A stretch of 64,000 nucleotides of DNA from Eledone cirrhosa. Taxonomy: Eukaryota. A model generated the notes under the pieces. It did no database searches and had not been told where the DNA came from. It saw only the letters and a list, made by a program, of their open reading frames with translations. Location: the NCBI GenBank assembly GCA_964016885.1, contig OZ024745.1, positions 102,238,001 to 102,302,000 on the forward strand, in the 5' to 3' direction. Position numbers and translations under genes: made by a program. Shown here in pieces: positions 63,527-64,000 of this stretch. Positions within the stretch are counted from its first letter, which is position 1. Each line of letters opens with the position of its first letter.

Positions 63527-63635
63527 TATGAAAAGATTCAGCCTTGGCGATTTCGACAGCTAAATCTAAACGGAGTTCAGATTTAGCTTTCGAAACGGCT
63601 GGAGCTCAGCCGTCGGGGTCCTGAATCTTTTCATA
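63527..63635. other. Compact GC-rich nested fold-back
   Basis: Outer IR tatgaaaagattcag/ctgaatcttttcata; inner hairpins tttcga.agctaaatct/agatttagct.tcgaaa and cggctg/cagccg. Confidence 0.75.
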
Positions 63636-64000
63636 TTACCCACTCTACTGTCCCAAGTATCGAATTCTCTGGTGGGTTATGGTCTAGCTGGTTTTTACCA
63701 CACCCTATCTGATATATATGTATATATATATTTGCTAATCACAAATGAGTAGTTACATCAACATTGTAATAATCTAATATAAGCTTTTATTTTAGGTAGA
63801 AATATCTATTTTATGAAGGTGGCAAATTTTGACAATTCTAACCATATGCAGAAATAGTTTTGTGATTCTGAAATATTAAAGGACAGAATTTTTATCAGCA
63901 AAATAACAAGAATAATTATAAGAGTAAAACTCTATTTTTAGTAAACAGTTGTCCGTTATCTTTAAATCTATATATTTGTTATGAAAAATGAACACTGTTT

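Overview
AT-rich, repeat-saturated animal genomic DNA. The SINE, RTE, CR1, Tx1 and microsatellite content is consistent with a coleoid cephalopod such as octopus; this is an inference, not a database result. No host protein-coding gene can be supported, so the window reads as intergenic or deep intronic. It contains: (1) a ~5.9 kb 50-bp satellite split by a cleanly inserted non-autonomous Helitron, with a second Helitron copy at 42.8-43.9 kb; (2) a 5'-truncated but uninterrupted RTE LINE ORF carrying a PHD-type finger just after the RT core; (3) decayed Tx1/L1, CR1, other RTE, Chapaev3-like and piggyBac-like remnants; (4) piggyBac- and hAT-type MITEs; (5) at least four tRNA-head SINE families. 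The most notable signal is a cluster of type I hammerhead ribozyme motifs, two or three apparently intact and several decayed. They have unusually long helix II inserts and sit in or beside Penelope-like fold-back (long inverted repeat) elements embedded in (TA)n tracts between ~40 and 48.3 kb. All structures were read and paired by eye; none was computed.
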